A stretch of DNA of 64,000 bases from Rhodopila sp. GTDB taxonomy: Bacteria; Pseudomonadota; Alphaproteobacteria; Acetobacterales; Acetobacteraceae. The position numbers and the translations under genes are program-made. The stretch covers positions 4,582 to 68,581 of the forward strand of contig DATARX010000176.1 in NCBI GenBank assembly GCA_036263955.1. Direction: 5' to 3'. Below are positions 48,012-57,379 of the stretch, in pieces. How positions within the stretch are numbered: position 1 is the stretch's first letter; every line of letters begins with the position of its first letter. The notes under the pieces are model-generated. The model worked only from the letters and a program-made list of their open reading frames with translations, was not told the DNA's origin and did no database searches.

Positions 48012-48923
48012 CTAATATATTTTGAGATCAGCCAGGCCCGCGGCGCGGCAGACAACGCCCGCGTGTAAAGCGGCGCGGACGGCCAGGCGCCGCCACCGGA
48101 CCGGAGAATAAGCATGCAGTGCCATACTGATGAAACAATAACTGAATTTCGCGGCGGCCATTACAATTGATTTCGGCGGCCAGGCAGCGGCGGTCCGCAG
48201 GACACGCGCATGCGTCTGGCCGGACCGAAAGTACCGCTTCAGCAGCCAGCGCAGGCTGCCCCGCTGCGGTGGCACGTGCTCATGGACAAGCGCCGCTTCG
48301 GCAAAAGCGTAGATGGCGCCTAAGGTATAAAGGTCATGGAAAAAGAACGTATCCTCGCCGCCGCTCCGCCCGAGTGCGGGATCGAATCGGCAATCACGCA
48401 TCGCCGGCGTCATGGCCACGCGGTCGAGCAGCACGTTGCAGGTGTAACCCGTTTCGATAGTACCGCCCTGACGAAAAACCGGACGGATGGAGTGCAGGTC
48501 AGCCTCCCTCAGCCATGCCGGCCCCTCGCCGTAGATCGCCTTTACCGGACCGAGGACGATCGTCGCACCGGTCGTGGCATGGCATTCGAGCAACGCGAAA
48601 AGCCAAGTGTCCGTCGCGATCTCATCGTCGTCGATAAAGGCCACGAGCGGCGCGGTCGCCGCATCGAGTGCCGCATTCCGGGCGATGGAAATGTTGCGCG
48701 CCGGTGCGTGGACGTAGCAGTAATCCAGGCTGAGCCGGCTGCATTCCTCACGTACAATCGTTTCCGCGGACGGTGTGTCGTCGTTGTCGGAAATCACCAT
48801 CCGCACCCGGGTGCCTTCCGAAATTCGCTGTGCCGCAACGGAACGAATCGTATCAACGATCGACACACGACGATATGTGCAGACACACACATCAATGCAG
48901 CGCGCCTCTGACATCGTTTTCAT
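48012..48923 (-). CDS. exoM: ExoM-like glucosyltransferase (GT2)
   Basis: CTYRR, DND, NISIARNA, FIDDDE, GYTCN, GGED. Confidence 0.85.
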   Translation of the reverse strand: MKTMSEARCIDVCVCTYRRVSIVDTIRSVAAQRISEGTRVRMVISDNDDTPSAETIVREECSRLSLDYCYVHAPARNISIARNAALDAATAPLVAFIDDDEIATDTWLFALLECHATTGATIVLGPVKAIYGEGPAWLREADLHSIRPVFRQGGTIETGYTCNVLLDRVAMTPAMRDCRFDPALGRSGGEDTFFFHDLYTLGAIYAFAEAALVHEHVPPQRGSLRWLLKRYFRSGQTHARVLRTAAAWPPKSIVMAAAKFSYCFISMALHAYSPVRWRRLAVRAALHAGVVCRAAGLADLKIY

Positions 48924-49002
48924 CCTATCTATATTTCTTGTCTGGCATTGCATCGCAACGGGCGTTATATCCATACCGCAACCTGCGTGGGCATACAACG
49001 AA

Positions 49003-49956
49003 ATGGTCGACGTCAGTGTCATTACAGCCGTCTGGAACGGCGAACATACGATTCTACCAGCCATAATTTCGGCACTGTCGCAGTCTGGAGTATCGGTCGA
49101 AGTGATCGTCGCCGACGACGCATCGACGGATGCGACGGGCGCCGTCGTTGCCGGCCTTAACGATCCCCGGGTTCGTTACCTGCGCCTGCCGGTGAACGGT
49201 GGCCCGGCCGCCGCGCGCAATGCCGCGATTGAGGTGGCGCAAGGCAAGTGGATTGCCGTACTTGATGCTGACGACAGGCTTATTGAGGGCCGCCTGGCCA
49301 GTCTGATTTCGATCGCGTCAGAACATTGTCTTGAAATCGTCACCGACAACATGGTTATTCAGGATGCTAAGGGAACGCGCCGCCTTTTCATCGAGGAGGA
49401 GCTGGACGGTGAGATTTTATTGCGGTTTCTTGCAGACTATATCAACAGTAATAAATTATTCGGGCCGTCACCCAGCGAAGGCTATTTGAAACCGGTGTTC
49501 GCCGCCGATTTCCTGCGGCGCCACGCCCTGCGCTACGACACCGCCACGCGCATCGGAGAGGATTTCCTGCTGGTTGCGGAAGCCATGGCATTGGGCGCTC
49601 GCTATGGCCGCGTCCGTTCCGCCGGCTATATCTACACCACAAATTCCGGATCGATCTCCCACCGCCTGACCGCACGTAACGTTAACCAAATGGTAGCGGC
49701 GGACCAGCGCTATCTGTCTCGATACGGGGCAAGGCTCGATGCGTCGGAGCGCGCGGCATGGCTTGCGCATCTGAAAGCCCTTGAAGACGGCGCCAACTTC
49801 GTGGCCATGGTCGAGAGCATCAAGGCACGCGATTTTGTCGCATTCGCACGGTCCGCCTGGCGCCGGCCAACCGCATTCAAGCATTTCTCGATGCCGATCC
49901 GTGCCCGCATCGAGCGCCTCGCGCGTCGCCACGCGATCGACGGCGCACCCACATGA
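49003..49956 (+). CDS. exoO: ExoO/ExoU-like glucosyltransferase (GT2)
   Basis: DDASTD, NGGPAAARN, WIAVLDADD, GYLKP, RIGED, GSISHR. Confidence 0.78.
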   Translation: MVDVSVITAVWNGEHTILPAIISALSQSGVSVEVIVADDASTDATGAVVAGLNDPRVRYLRLPVNGGPAAARNAAIEVAQGKWIAVLDADDRLIEGRLASLISIASEHCLEIVTDNMVIQDAKGTRRLFIEEELDGEILLRFLADYINSNKLFGPSPSEGYLKPVFAADFLRRHALRYDTATRIGEDFLLVAEAMALGARYGRVRSAGYIYTTNSGSISHRLTARNVNQMVAADQRYLSRYGARLDASERAAWLAHLKALEDGANFVAMVESIKARDFVAFARSAWRRPTAFKHFSMPIRARIERLARRHAIDGAPT

Positions 49957-51140
49957 TCGCACCGATGGCTTTGCCTAAGGCAGTCGTGCCGGACCAGCGC
50001 TGTATGAATCTTGCTTATTTCGTTCACGATCTAAACGACCCGGCGGTCCATCGGCGCGTGCGGATGTTGCACGCCGGCGGTGCCACGGTCAGCCTGCTGG
50101 GCTTCTATCGCGGCGATGCCCCGATCGAGGTGGACGGCGCGGTGCCGCTGGCGCTCGGTCGTACCGGTGATGCGCGGCTGTGGCAGCGTTCCGCCGCCGT
50201 CCTCGGCGCCGCGCTCTCGATCCCGCGCTGGCGCTCCCGCCTGTCCGGGGCGGATGCGATTCTGGCGCGGCAGCTCGAGACGCTGGTTCTTGCCACCTTG
50301 GCCCGCAAACTCCTGGCGCCCGCGGCACCGTTGGTCTTCGAGTGTCTCGACATCCACCGGCTAATGGGCGCGTCCGGACCGGTAGGGAGGGTACTGCGCG
50401 GTGTCGAGCGGAGCATGCTGTCGCGCTGCCAGCGACTGGTGGTCAGTTCGCCGCACTTCGTCCGTGAGCATTTTGCCCGCGTGCATCAGCGGCTTCCCCA
50501 GGTCACGGTGGTCGAGAACAAAGCCCTTGCCTTTGAGTTCAGCGACCCGCTGCCCGCCGAACCGAACCACAAGGCAAAGCCCTCCAGCCCGCCCTGGCGC
50601 ATCGGCTGGTTTGGTGTCATTCGCTGCGCCCGTAGCTTGCGCATCCTCGCCGATCTGGCGAACGCCTGTCCCGGCGAGGTGGAGATCGTTATCCGCGGGC
50701 GGGTGGCGACATCCGTTTTGCCGGATTTCGATGCGGTGGTTGCGGCCACGCCAGGACTGTCGTTTGGCGGCGCTTACGACCGGGCGCGCGATTTGCCCCG
50801 CCTATATGGGGACGTGCACTTCGCCTGGGCCGTCGACTTTTATGAGGCGGGGAGCAACTCGGACTGGCTTCTGCCCAACAGGCTCTACGAGGCCGGGCTG
50901 TTCGGGGCCGTGCCGATCGCGTGCCGCGATGTCGCGACCGGCGCATGGCTCGCCGAACGGGGTGTCGGCGTGTTGCTCGAAGGCGACCCGACCCAGGCGA
51001 TCCGGACATTCATCGGCGATCTCGACGCCACGCGCTATGGCGCACTGCAAGCTGGCCTCGTCGCGCTGCCGCGCACCGCTTTCCTCTACAGCCGGGAAGA
51101 CTGCCACGAACTGGTCGAAACCCTGGTGCAATGTGACTAG
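49953..51140 (+). CDS. exoL: ExoL-like glucosyltransferase
   Basis: YFVHDL.DPAV.RR, ECLDIH, ENK, IGWFG..RC, NS.WLLPNRLYE. Confidence 0.87.
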   Translation: MIAPMALPKAVVPDQRCMNLAYFVHDLNDPAVHRRVRMLHAGGATVSLLGFYRGDAPIEVDGAVPLALGRTGDARLWQRSAAVLGAALSIPRWRSRLSGADAILARQLETLVLATLARKLLAPAAPLVFECLDIHRLMGASGPVGRVLRGVERSMLSRCQRLVVSSPHFVREHFARVHQRLPQVTVVENKALAFEFSDPLPAEPNHKAKPSSPPWRIGWFGVIRCARSLRILADLANACPGEVEIVIRGRVATSVLPDFDAVVAATPGLSFGGAYDRARDLPRLYGDVHFAWAVDFYEAGSNSDWLLPNRLYEAGLFGAVPIACRDVATGAWLAERGVGVLLEGDPTQAIRTFIGDLDATRYGALQAGLVALPRTAFLYSREDCHELVETLVQCD

Positions 51141-51239
51141 GAGCCCCTATTTTTGAGCCTCGGTCCCTTTACAACCGCCAATCGGTCTGCTTCGTGACGC
51201 CTCCACAGCATCACATAGCAGTACGAGGGCAGTGCTCCG

Positions 51240-51410
51240 TTGACGCGCCATCCGGTTTTCACGCTCGTTGCGATCAGCGTGGTCGGCTGCATTCTCGCGG
51301 TCGCCGCACTGTTCGCCGGCTATGTATGGCTGGCCGTCGCCACGTTCGTGGCCGCGGTCCTGATCCTGTGCGGCCTGCTCGCAACCTGGACCCGTCGTCC
51401 GGTCAAGTAG
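51240..51410 (+). CDS. Putative 56-aa two-TM membrane peptide (below the ORF-track cutoff)
   Basis: TTG start about 10 nt after GAGGG; translation (M)TRHPVFTLVAISVVGCILAVAALFAGYVWLAVATFVAAVLILCGLLATWTRRPVK; GC-rich third codon positions. Confidence 0.55.
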   Translation: MTRHPVFTLVAISVVGCILAVAALFAGYVWLAVATFVAAVLILCGLLATWTRRPVK

Positions 51411-51553
51411 CGGACACGCCCCAGCCCGCCCGGCGGCCAAAGGCAAACGCCCGAACATTCGTTGCGTAAATATGATGCGATCTTCGACCGGCGGCGCGCG
51501 GCGACGGGCGCCGCATGGGCGGAAACCAGCAACTTTATCATTGGGGTAATGGT

Positions 51554-52747
51554 ATGACTTTTCGGCTTTGCTGGAAGGCTTGGGCAGGTGTGCTACTGAT
51601 CGTGCTTCCCAGCGGATGCACCTCCTTCATTTCAAGCAGCGGTCCCAAGCGCAGCGAAATCATCGGGTCGTCGGCCATCATGGTGCAAAATGTGCCGAAA
51701 CCGAGCGCGGGTTACGCACTTATCAAGGTGGATAGCACCATTGTCAGCCGACTGGTCTCCCACGACGAACCAGCGCGATTCGGCGCCGACTTTATGGATC
51801 AGCCCCGGCCCGACATCATGATCGGTGTTGGTGATGTCCTGCAGATCACCGTTTTTGAGACCGGCAGCGGCGGCCTCTTCATCCCGACCGACGCCGGCAG
51901 TCGCCCCGGCAATTTCGTCCAGCTTCCGCCGCAGCAGGTAGGGCAGGATCAGTTCATTACGGTGCCGTGGGCCGGCCGGATCAAGGTCGCCGGCCGGACG
52001 CCGCTCGACGTTCAGGCGGAGATCGAGCGAAGGCTCAGCAGCCAGGCCCTTAAGCCGCAGGTGGTGGTAAGCTTCGCCGAGCGTCATGCCAACGAAGTCA
52101 GTGTCGTTGGCGATGTCGGACTGGCGCTGCGGTTTTCGATGGACGCGAGCGGCGAGCGCGTGCTGGGCGCGATTGCGCGGGCGCAAGGACCTCGGTTCCC
52201 TGATTACGAGACTTTGGTGACGGTGCAGCGGCACGGTAAGGCTGAAACCGCACTGCTCGCGGAAATTGCCCGGGATCCGGAACAAAATATCCCGCTGCAG
52301 CCGGGTGACGTCGTCTACGTGGAACATGAACCGCGCTACTTCCTGGCCATGGGTGCAACCGGGCAGTCAACCACGCTGGCCCAGCTCGACCGCCGGTTCT
52401 CGTTCGGGGACAAGGATCTGAGTCTGTCTGATGCCCTCGGCCTGGCGGGCGGCCTGGAGGACGACCGGGCCAACGCCCGGGCGGTATTCCTGTATCGTTA
52501 CGAAACGCGCGCTACGATCCAAGGCCTGGGGCTTCACGTTCCGGCCACCCTGCCGGATCGAATCCCCACCGTCTATGCGCTGGATCTGACGGACGCCTCC
52601 TCCTTCTTCCTCGCCAGCCGGATCACGATGCGTAAGAACGATACGATTTATGTTTCGAACGCACCGATCACCGACATCAACAAAGTGCTGACATTGCTGC
52701 TGCCGCTCAGCGAATCCGGCAGCTACTCCAAGGCCGCCGGGAACTGA
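51554..52747 (+). CDS. Wza/ExoF-like outer-membrane polysaccharide export lipoprotein
   Basis: Lipobox-like PSGC, SSGP, IGVGDVLQITVFE, ITVPWAG, YVSNAP. Confidence 0.9.
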   Translation: MTFRLCWKAWAGVLLIVLPSGCTSFISSSGPKRSEIIGSSAIMVQNVPKPSAGYALIKVDSTIVSRLVSHDEPARFGADFMDQPRPDIMIGVGDVLQITVFETGSGGLFIPTDAGSRPGNFVQLPPQQVGQDQFITVPWAGRIKVAGRTPLDVQAEIERRLSSQALKPQVVVSFAERHANEVSVVGDVGLALRFSMDASGERVLGAIARAQGPRFPDYETLVTVQRHGKAETALLAEIARDPEQNIPLQPGDVVYVEHEPRYFLAMGATGQSTTLAQLDRRFSFGDKDLSLSDALGLAGGLEDDRANARAVFLYRYETRATIQGLGLHVPATLPDRIPTVYALDLTDASSFFLASRITMRKNDTIYVSNAPITDINKVLTLLLPLSESGSYSKAAGN

Positions 52748-52774
52748 CGGCTCGTCGTGGGATGAGTGGATCGG

Positions 52775-52804
52775 CCGGGCGCCGTGCCGCAATGCGGCGC
52801 CCGG
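52775..52804. terminator. Hairpin between the convergent wza and LLM genes
   Basis: Perfect 10-bp stem CCGGGCGCCG / CGGCGCCCGG. Confidence 0.6.
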
Positions 52805-52805
52805 T

Positions 52806-53702
52806 CTACAGCAGATCGGCCACCACCTGCCTGAAGCGGGTGATGGCCGAGAGGTGATCCGCCGCGGTGTGGCCGGCGATACGTTTGTGATGACCCATGG
52901 CAAACGTGGTGTGCGCCGTCACGTGGGTCACGCCAGCCTGCTTCCAGAAGGCGAACTCGCGGCGCCAGGCCTCCTCGTCGCCGGAGCCAAGGGATAGCCA
53001 GACTTCCAGGCCCACGCTGGCGGGATCGCGGCCCTCGGCCTTGATCAGGTTACGCAGTTTCCCGAACGCCGCCAGCGCGGTGTCGTCCGCCGGATAGGCG
53101 AGCGGCATCCAGCCATCGCCGTATTTCGCGGTGCGCTGCAAGGTGGCCTCGGCGTGGCCGCCGAACCAGACCGGGATGTGGCCCGAGGCGGGACGCGGGT
53201 TGATGCCGGCGTCGTCGATGGTGTGATAGCGGCCCTTGAAGCTGACATGCGGCTGGGACCACAGCGCCTGCATGACCTGCACCTGCTCTTCGGAGCGGCG
53301 GCCGCGGTTGGAGAACACTTCGTTCAGGCCGGTGAATTCGACCTGGTTCCAACCGACACCAACCCCCAGCCGAAGGCGGCCATTGGACAGGACGTCCAGG
53401 CAAGCGGCTTGTTTCGCGACCAACGCAGCCTGGCGCTGCGCCAGGATCAGCACGCCCGGCGCAAAGCCGAGGCGTTGGGTGCAGCCCGCGAGGAAGCCGA
53501 ACAGGACAAACGGATCGTGGTACGGGTTTTCGTTGGTCCCTACCCTGCCCTTGCCGGCGCTTGTCGCCGGGTTCGCGCCCAGGACATGATCGGGCGCCTG
53601 CAGATAGTCGAAGCCGAGACCCTCGACGGCCTGGGCGTAGTCGCGGATCTCCGACGGGCCGGTGCCGATGTCGGCCACCGGGATGGTTGCGCCTAATTGC
53701 AT
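52806..53702 (-). CDS. LLM class (luciferase-like, putatively F420-dependent) oxidoreductase, copy 2
   Basis: PDHVLG, DPF, VAKQAACLDVLSNGRLRLGVGVGW, GDGW. Confidence 0.88.
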   Translation of the reverse strand: MQLGATIPVADIGTGPSEIRDYAQAVEGLGFDYLQAPDHVLGANPATSAGKGRVGTNENPYHDPFVLFGFLAGCTQRLGFAPGVLILAQRQAALVAKQAACLDVLSNGRLRLGVGVGWNQVEFTGLNEVFSNRGRRSEEQVQVMQALWSQPHVSFKGRYHTIDDAGINPRPASGHIPVWFGGHAEATLQRTAKYGDGWMPLAYPADDTALAAFGKLRNLIKAEGRDPASVGLEVWLSLGSGDEEAWRREFAFWKQAGVTHVTAHTTFAMGHHKRIAGHTAADHLSAITRFRQVVADLL

Positions 53703-53713
53703 GTTCGTTGTTC

Positions 53714-54613
53714 CTAAAGAAGATCGCCGACAGCGTCCCGGTAGCGCTTCATCGCCGCTAGATGATCATCGACGGTGCGGCCGGCGATGCGATGATGGTG
53801 ACGGCGGTTGAACGTCGTGGTCAGGCAGATATGGCTGGCACCGGCCTGCTTCCAGAACGCGATTTCTTTGCGCCAGTCCGCTTCGGCGCCTTCGCCGCAC
53901 GATGTCCAGACTTCGATGCCCACCGCCGCCGGGTCGCGGCCAGCCTGCTCTGTCAGGCGGCGGAGTTCGCTGAATATGTCGAGCGCGGACTGATCGGGTG
54001 GATAGGCATTCGGCATCCATCCGTCGCCCCACCTGGCGATGCGCGGCAGCGTGTGCTCATGGTGACCGCCGTACCAAAGGGGGACTTTTCCGAAGGCTGG
54101 GCGGGGGTTGATGCCGGCATCGTCGATCGTGTGGTACTTGCCTTTGAACGTCACGTACGGCTGGGCCCACAGCGCTTGCATCACCTGGGCCTGCTCTTCC
54201 GAACGGCGGCCGCGGTTATGGAAGTTTTCGTTCAAGGCGGTGAACTCGACCGGGTTCCAGCCGACGCCGATGCCGAGGCGGAAGCGGCCACCGGACAGTA
54301 CGTCGAGACACGCCGCCTGTTTCGCCACGAGAGCGGTCTGGCGCTGGGCGACAATCAGCACGCCGGTGGAAAAATTCAGCTTCGCGGTGATGCCGGACAG
54401 GTAACCCAGCAGAACGAATGGGTCATGGAACATGTCGTCGGCGATGGAGCGGCGGGGATCCGAATTTTCGTTTGTGCCGGGGTTGGCGCCCAGGACATGG
54501 TCTGGCGCTTCAAGGAAGTCGTAGCCCAGGGCTTCGAAGTTCAGAGCGAAGTCGCGGACCAGGGATGGGTCCCCACCGGTGTCGGTGAAGGGGACGAGGG
54601 CGCCAAGTTGCAT
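53714..54613 (-). CDS. LLM class (luciferase-like, putatively F420-dependent) oxidoreductase, copy 1
   Basis: PDHVLG, HDPF, VAKQAACLDVLSGGRFRLGIGVGW, GDGW. Confidence 0.88.
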   Translation of the reverse strand: MQLGALVPFTDTGGDPSLVRDFALNFEALGYDFLEAPDHVLGANPGTNENSDPRRSIADDMFHDPFVLLGYLSGITAKLNFSTGVLIVAQRQTALVAKQAACLDVLSGGRFRLGIGVGWNPVEFTALNENFHNRGRRSEEQAQVMQALWAQPYVTFKGKYHTIDDAGINPRPAFGKVPLWYGGHHEHTLPRIARWGDGWMPNAYPPDQSALDIFSELRRLTEQAGRDPAAVGIEVWTSCGEGAEADWRKEIAFWKQAGASHICLTTTFNRRHHHRIAGRTVDDHLAAMKRYRDAVGDLL

Positions 54614-54665
54614 GGAGAGAGTCCTTCAGGTTGCTGGCCGGGGCGTCACGGCGTGGGGGTGGGTG

Positions 54666-55601
54666 TCACTTCGCGTCGGCGTCCAGAACGGCCTTGATCT
54701 TGTCCGGCGCAACCGCGATCGGGGGAATGCCTGCTCGTTCCTGCTGCAGCAATGACCCCACGCGGGAATCCCGAGCCCCCCAACCGCGGTTCAACGCTTC
54801 CGTCAATTCCATCAAGGCCATGTTGGTCAGGCGCATCGGCACCTGGACCTCCCGGGCCAGTTGGCACGCCAGCGTGACGTCCTTGTGCAGCAGGCGCAGC
54901 GCGAAATCGGCGGGATCGTAGCTGCCGGTAAGGAAATGGTCCGCCAGGCGGTCGAACATCCGGCTGCGGCCGGACGCGCCTTGGCGAACCGCCTGGAACA
55001 GCGCCAGCGGCTCCACGCCGGCCTTGATGCCCAGGGTGAAGACTTCGGACAGCACGACGTTGACAGCGGCCGAGGTGGCATTGTGCACCAGCTTGGCGAT
55101 CGATCCGGCACCGATCGGACCGATATAGGCCGCCTGGTCACCCATGGCGGTCAGCACGGCCTGGTATTTGCCGTACACTGCCTTGTCGCCGCCAACCCAG
55201 ATCGCCAGGCGACCGCTGTTCGCGCCTTTCGGTCCACCACTGACCGGGGCGTCGAGGAAGTCGACGCCTTTCTCGGTAAAGGTCGCGTGGAGGGATCGCA
55301 CGACATCAACCGCATTCGTTGAAAGATCGAACCAGGCGGCGCCGCTGCGGAATCCCTCGATCAGGCCGTTTTCGCCGATGCCAACCTTCTGAACGTCAGA
55401 CGGAGTGGGCAGGGACGTGAAGACGATGTCGCAAAGTTCGGCGACAGCACGCGGGCTATCGGCCCAGGTGGCGCCGGCGTTCAGGTGTTTGGACGCGGCC
55501 TGACGGGTCAGGTCGTGCACGACCAGGTCGTAGCCTGCCTTCTGGAGGTTGGACGCCATGCCGGCGCCCATCATGCCCAGACCAATAAATCCGACCCTCA
55601 T
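54666..55601 (-). CDS. 3-hydroxyisobutyrate / beta-hydroxyacid dehydrogenase family
   Basis: GFIGLGMMG, DAPVSGG, KLVHN, KD; AGGAGG RBS. Confidence 0.92.
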   Translation of the reverse strand: MRVGFIGLGMMGAGMASNLQKAGYDLVVHDLTRQAASKHLNAGATWADSPRAVAELCDIVFTSLPTPSDVQKVGIGENGLIEGFRSGAAWFDLSTNAVDVVRSLHATFTEKGVDFLDAPVSGGPKGANSGRLAIWVGGDKAVYGKYQAVLTAMGDQAAYIGPIGAGSIAKLVHNATSAAVNVVLSEVFTLGIKAGVEPLALFQAVRQGASGRSRMFDRLADHFLTGSYDPADFALRLLHKDVTLACQLAREVQVPMRLTNMALMELTEALNRGWGARDSRVGSLLQQERAGIPPIAVAPDKIKAVLDADAK

Positions 55602-55638
55602 TGTTTCCTCCTTTTCTTGTATCTTGGATGCGTCGGTA

Positions 55639-56865
55639 TCAGCCCCCGTTCCACTGCAGGATATACAGCCCGGCATCGTAATCGGTGACGTACATCAGAC
55701 CGTCCTCGGCTACAAACAGATCGGCAGTGTGACGAATTTTCGCTCTTCCCCGCAACGGCTCCATCCATTTCGTCGGCTGCGGCGGAACGAAGTAGCCGAT
55801 CTCCTCCGGGCGGTACTGGTTGGCAATGTCGAACACGCGGATGCCGGCGCTCTGCCAGGTCGCGAAAATCGTTGTCGAGGACTGGAACGATCCCGGCCGG
55901 TTCTCGTGCAGATTGTGCGGGCCGAACTGGCCGCCGATCTTGATGTAGTCCTGGTCGGATGGGGTCGGCATCGTTGCTATTGAAATTGGATTGGACTTTT
56001 CGCGAATATCGAAAATCCAGGTGTATTTCATCTGCTCCTGGTCGATGTTCAACGTTGCCTCATCCGCCACGACCAGCAGCCCCCGATCGTGCAACGGCAA
56101 GGCGCTATGGGTGCCGCCGCCATAGGGTGGCGACCAGTTGCGGTGGGCGATCAGCGTCATGTTCGCCGGATCCTTGACGTCCAGTATCGTCAGCCCGCCG
56201 TTGCGCCAGCTTGCATAAGCAAAATCGTCCTGGACCACGGCGTGATGCAACGCCCAGCGCCCCGACCACCCAGCGTTTTCGCCGGCGGCGGCGTTCATCC
56301 CGGGGATCCACCAGCGGCCAACTTCCCGCGGCCTGGTCGGATCGGCCATATCGATACTGATCAGGATGTGGTCAAGGAAACCATCGAGCAAAGCCGAGGC
56401 ATAGGCGTAACGACCCCCGGTCCACCAGATGCGGTGCAGCCCCAGTCCCTCGACCTCCATAAAACCGATGGCGCGCGGATTGGCCGGGTCGGAAATGTCG
56501 TAGACGCGCATGCCGGCGGAAAAATCCTCGCCGCGCTTGCCATAGCGCGAGGAGTCAACCTGGTTCGAACCACCATAGTAATCCTTCTGCGACAACAGTG
56601 CCTTCAGATCGAGTTCTTCAATGCACAGCAGCAGATCATTGGCGGTTTGCAGATGCATGCACCAGGAATTCGGATGGATCGGCATGAAGTTGACGGGCTT
56701 CGGGTTGCGCGGGTCACGCACATCGGTGACCACCACACCACGGCTGACGCGCGTGCCAATATAGGCGTGGCCCCGATTGACCATCACCTGGACGCCATCG
56801 CCGCGTCCCCCCTGGTCGGTGTGTCCGACGAACGAGATATTGCGTGCGCCCTCTGGCGTAATCAT
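55639..56865 (-). CDS. LVIVD-repeat beta-propeller protein
   Basis: Repeats VTDVRDP, VYDISDP, IDMADP, ILDVKDP, IFDIRE, VFDIAN; several His-containing motifs. Confidence 0.82.
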   Translation of the reverse strand: MITPEGARNISFVGHTDQGGRGDGVQVMVNRGHAYIGTRVSRGVVVTDVRDPRNPKPVNFMPIHPNSWCMHLQTANDLLLCIEELDLKALLSQKDYYGGSNQVDSSRYGKRGEDFSAGMRVYDISDPANPRAIGFMEVEGLGLHRIWWTGGRYAYASALLDGFLDHILISIDMADPTRPREVGRWWIPGMNAAAGENAGWSGRWALHHAVVQDDFAYASWRNGGLTILDVKDPANMTLIAHRNWSPPYGGGTHSALPLHDRGLLVVADEATLNIDQEQMKYTWIFDIREKSNPISIATMPTPSDQDYIKIGGQFGPHNLHENRPGSFQSSTTIFATWQSAGIRVFDIANQYRPEEIGYFVPPQPTKWMEPLRGRAKIRHTADLFVAEDGLMYVTDYDAGLYILQWNGG

Positions 56866-56924
56866 GATTTGCCATCCCCCTGGTTCGGTCGTCTGATTGA
56901 CCGCTTCCAGGAAGGATAGTCGCG

Positions 56925-57218
56925 ATGCCAACTTATGTCATGCTGGCTAACTGGACCGACCAGGGAATGCGCGCCATCGAGGACAGCCCGAGGCGGATCG
57001 ACGCCGCGCGCAAATCGCTGGAAGAGATGGGCGGACACTTTCAGTCGGTGCTGGTGACCATGGGACAATATGACCTTATCATCACCTATGACGCTCCCGA
57101 TGACGCGGTCGCCGCTCGGTTTTCACTGATCCTCGGCAAGCTGGGCAACATTCGCACATCGTCGATGAAGGCCTTCCCCGAGGAAGCCTATCGGCAGATC
57201 GTGCATACCCTGCGTTAA
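56925..57218 (+). CDS. GYD domain protein
   Basis: WTDQG, MGQYD, GNIRT...AF; 97 aa. Confidence 0.85.
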   Translation: MPTYVMLANWTDQGMRAIEDSPRRIDAARKSLEEMGGHFQSVLVTMGQYDLIITYDAPDDAVAARFSLILGKLGNIRTSSMKAFPEEAYRQIVHTLR

Positions 57219-57266
57219 CCGACACCGGGGCGTTAGCCGAAACCAGGCCGTTAGCCGACACCAGGC
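57213..57266. repeat. Tandem repeat, 3 x 18 bp (approx. CGTTAGCCGACACCAGGC)
   Basis: Read directly; the first unit contains the GYD stop codon. Confidence 0.85.
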
Positions 57267-57379
57267 CGGTCGTTGCGGAATGCGGGTCCTGGGTCGCGAC
57301 GCCGCGAAGGCGGTGCGGGGCTTCGTGTGCGGACTATTCGGTGCTAGCGTTACGGCAACAACCCGGAGGAAGCGTTGCC

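Noticed and set aside
47986-48027. Direct repeat ATATTTTGAGA near the exoM stop
   Set aside because: Only 11 bp in an AT-rich patch, with one copy inside coding sequence; could be chance.
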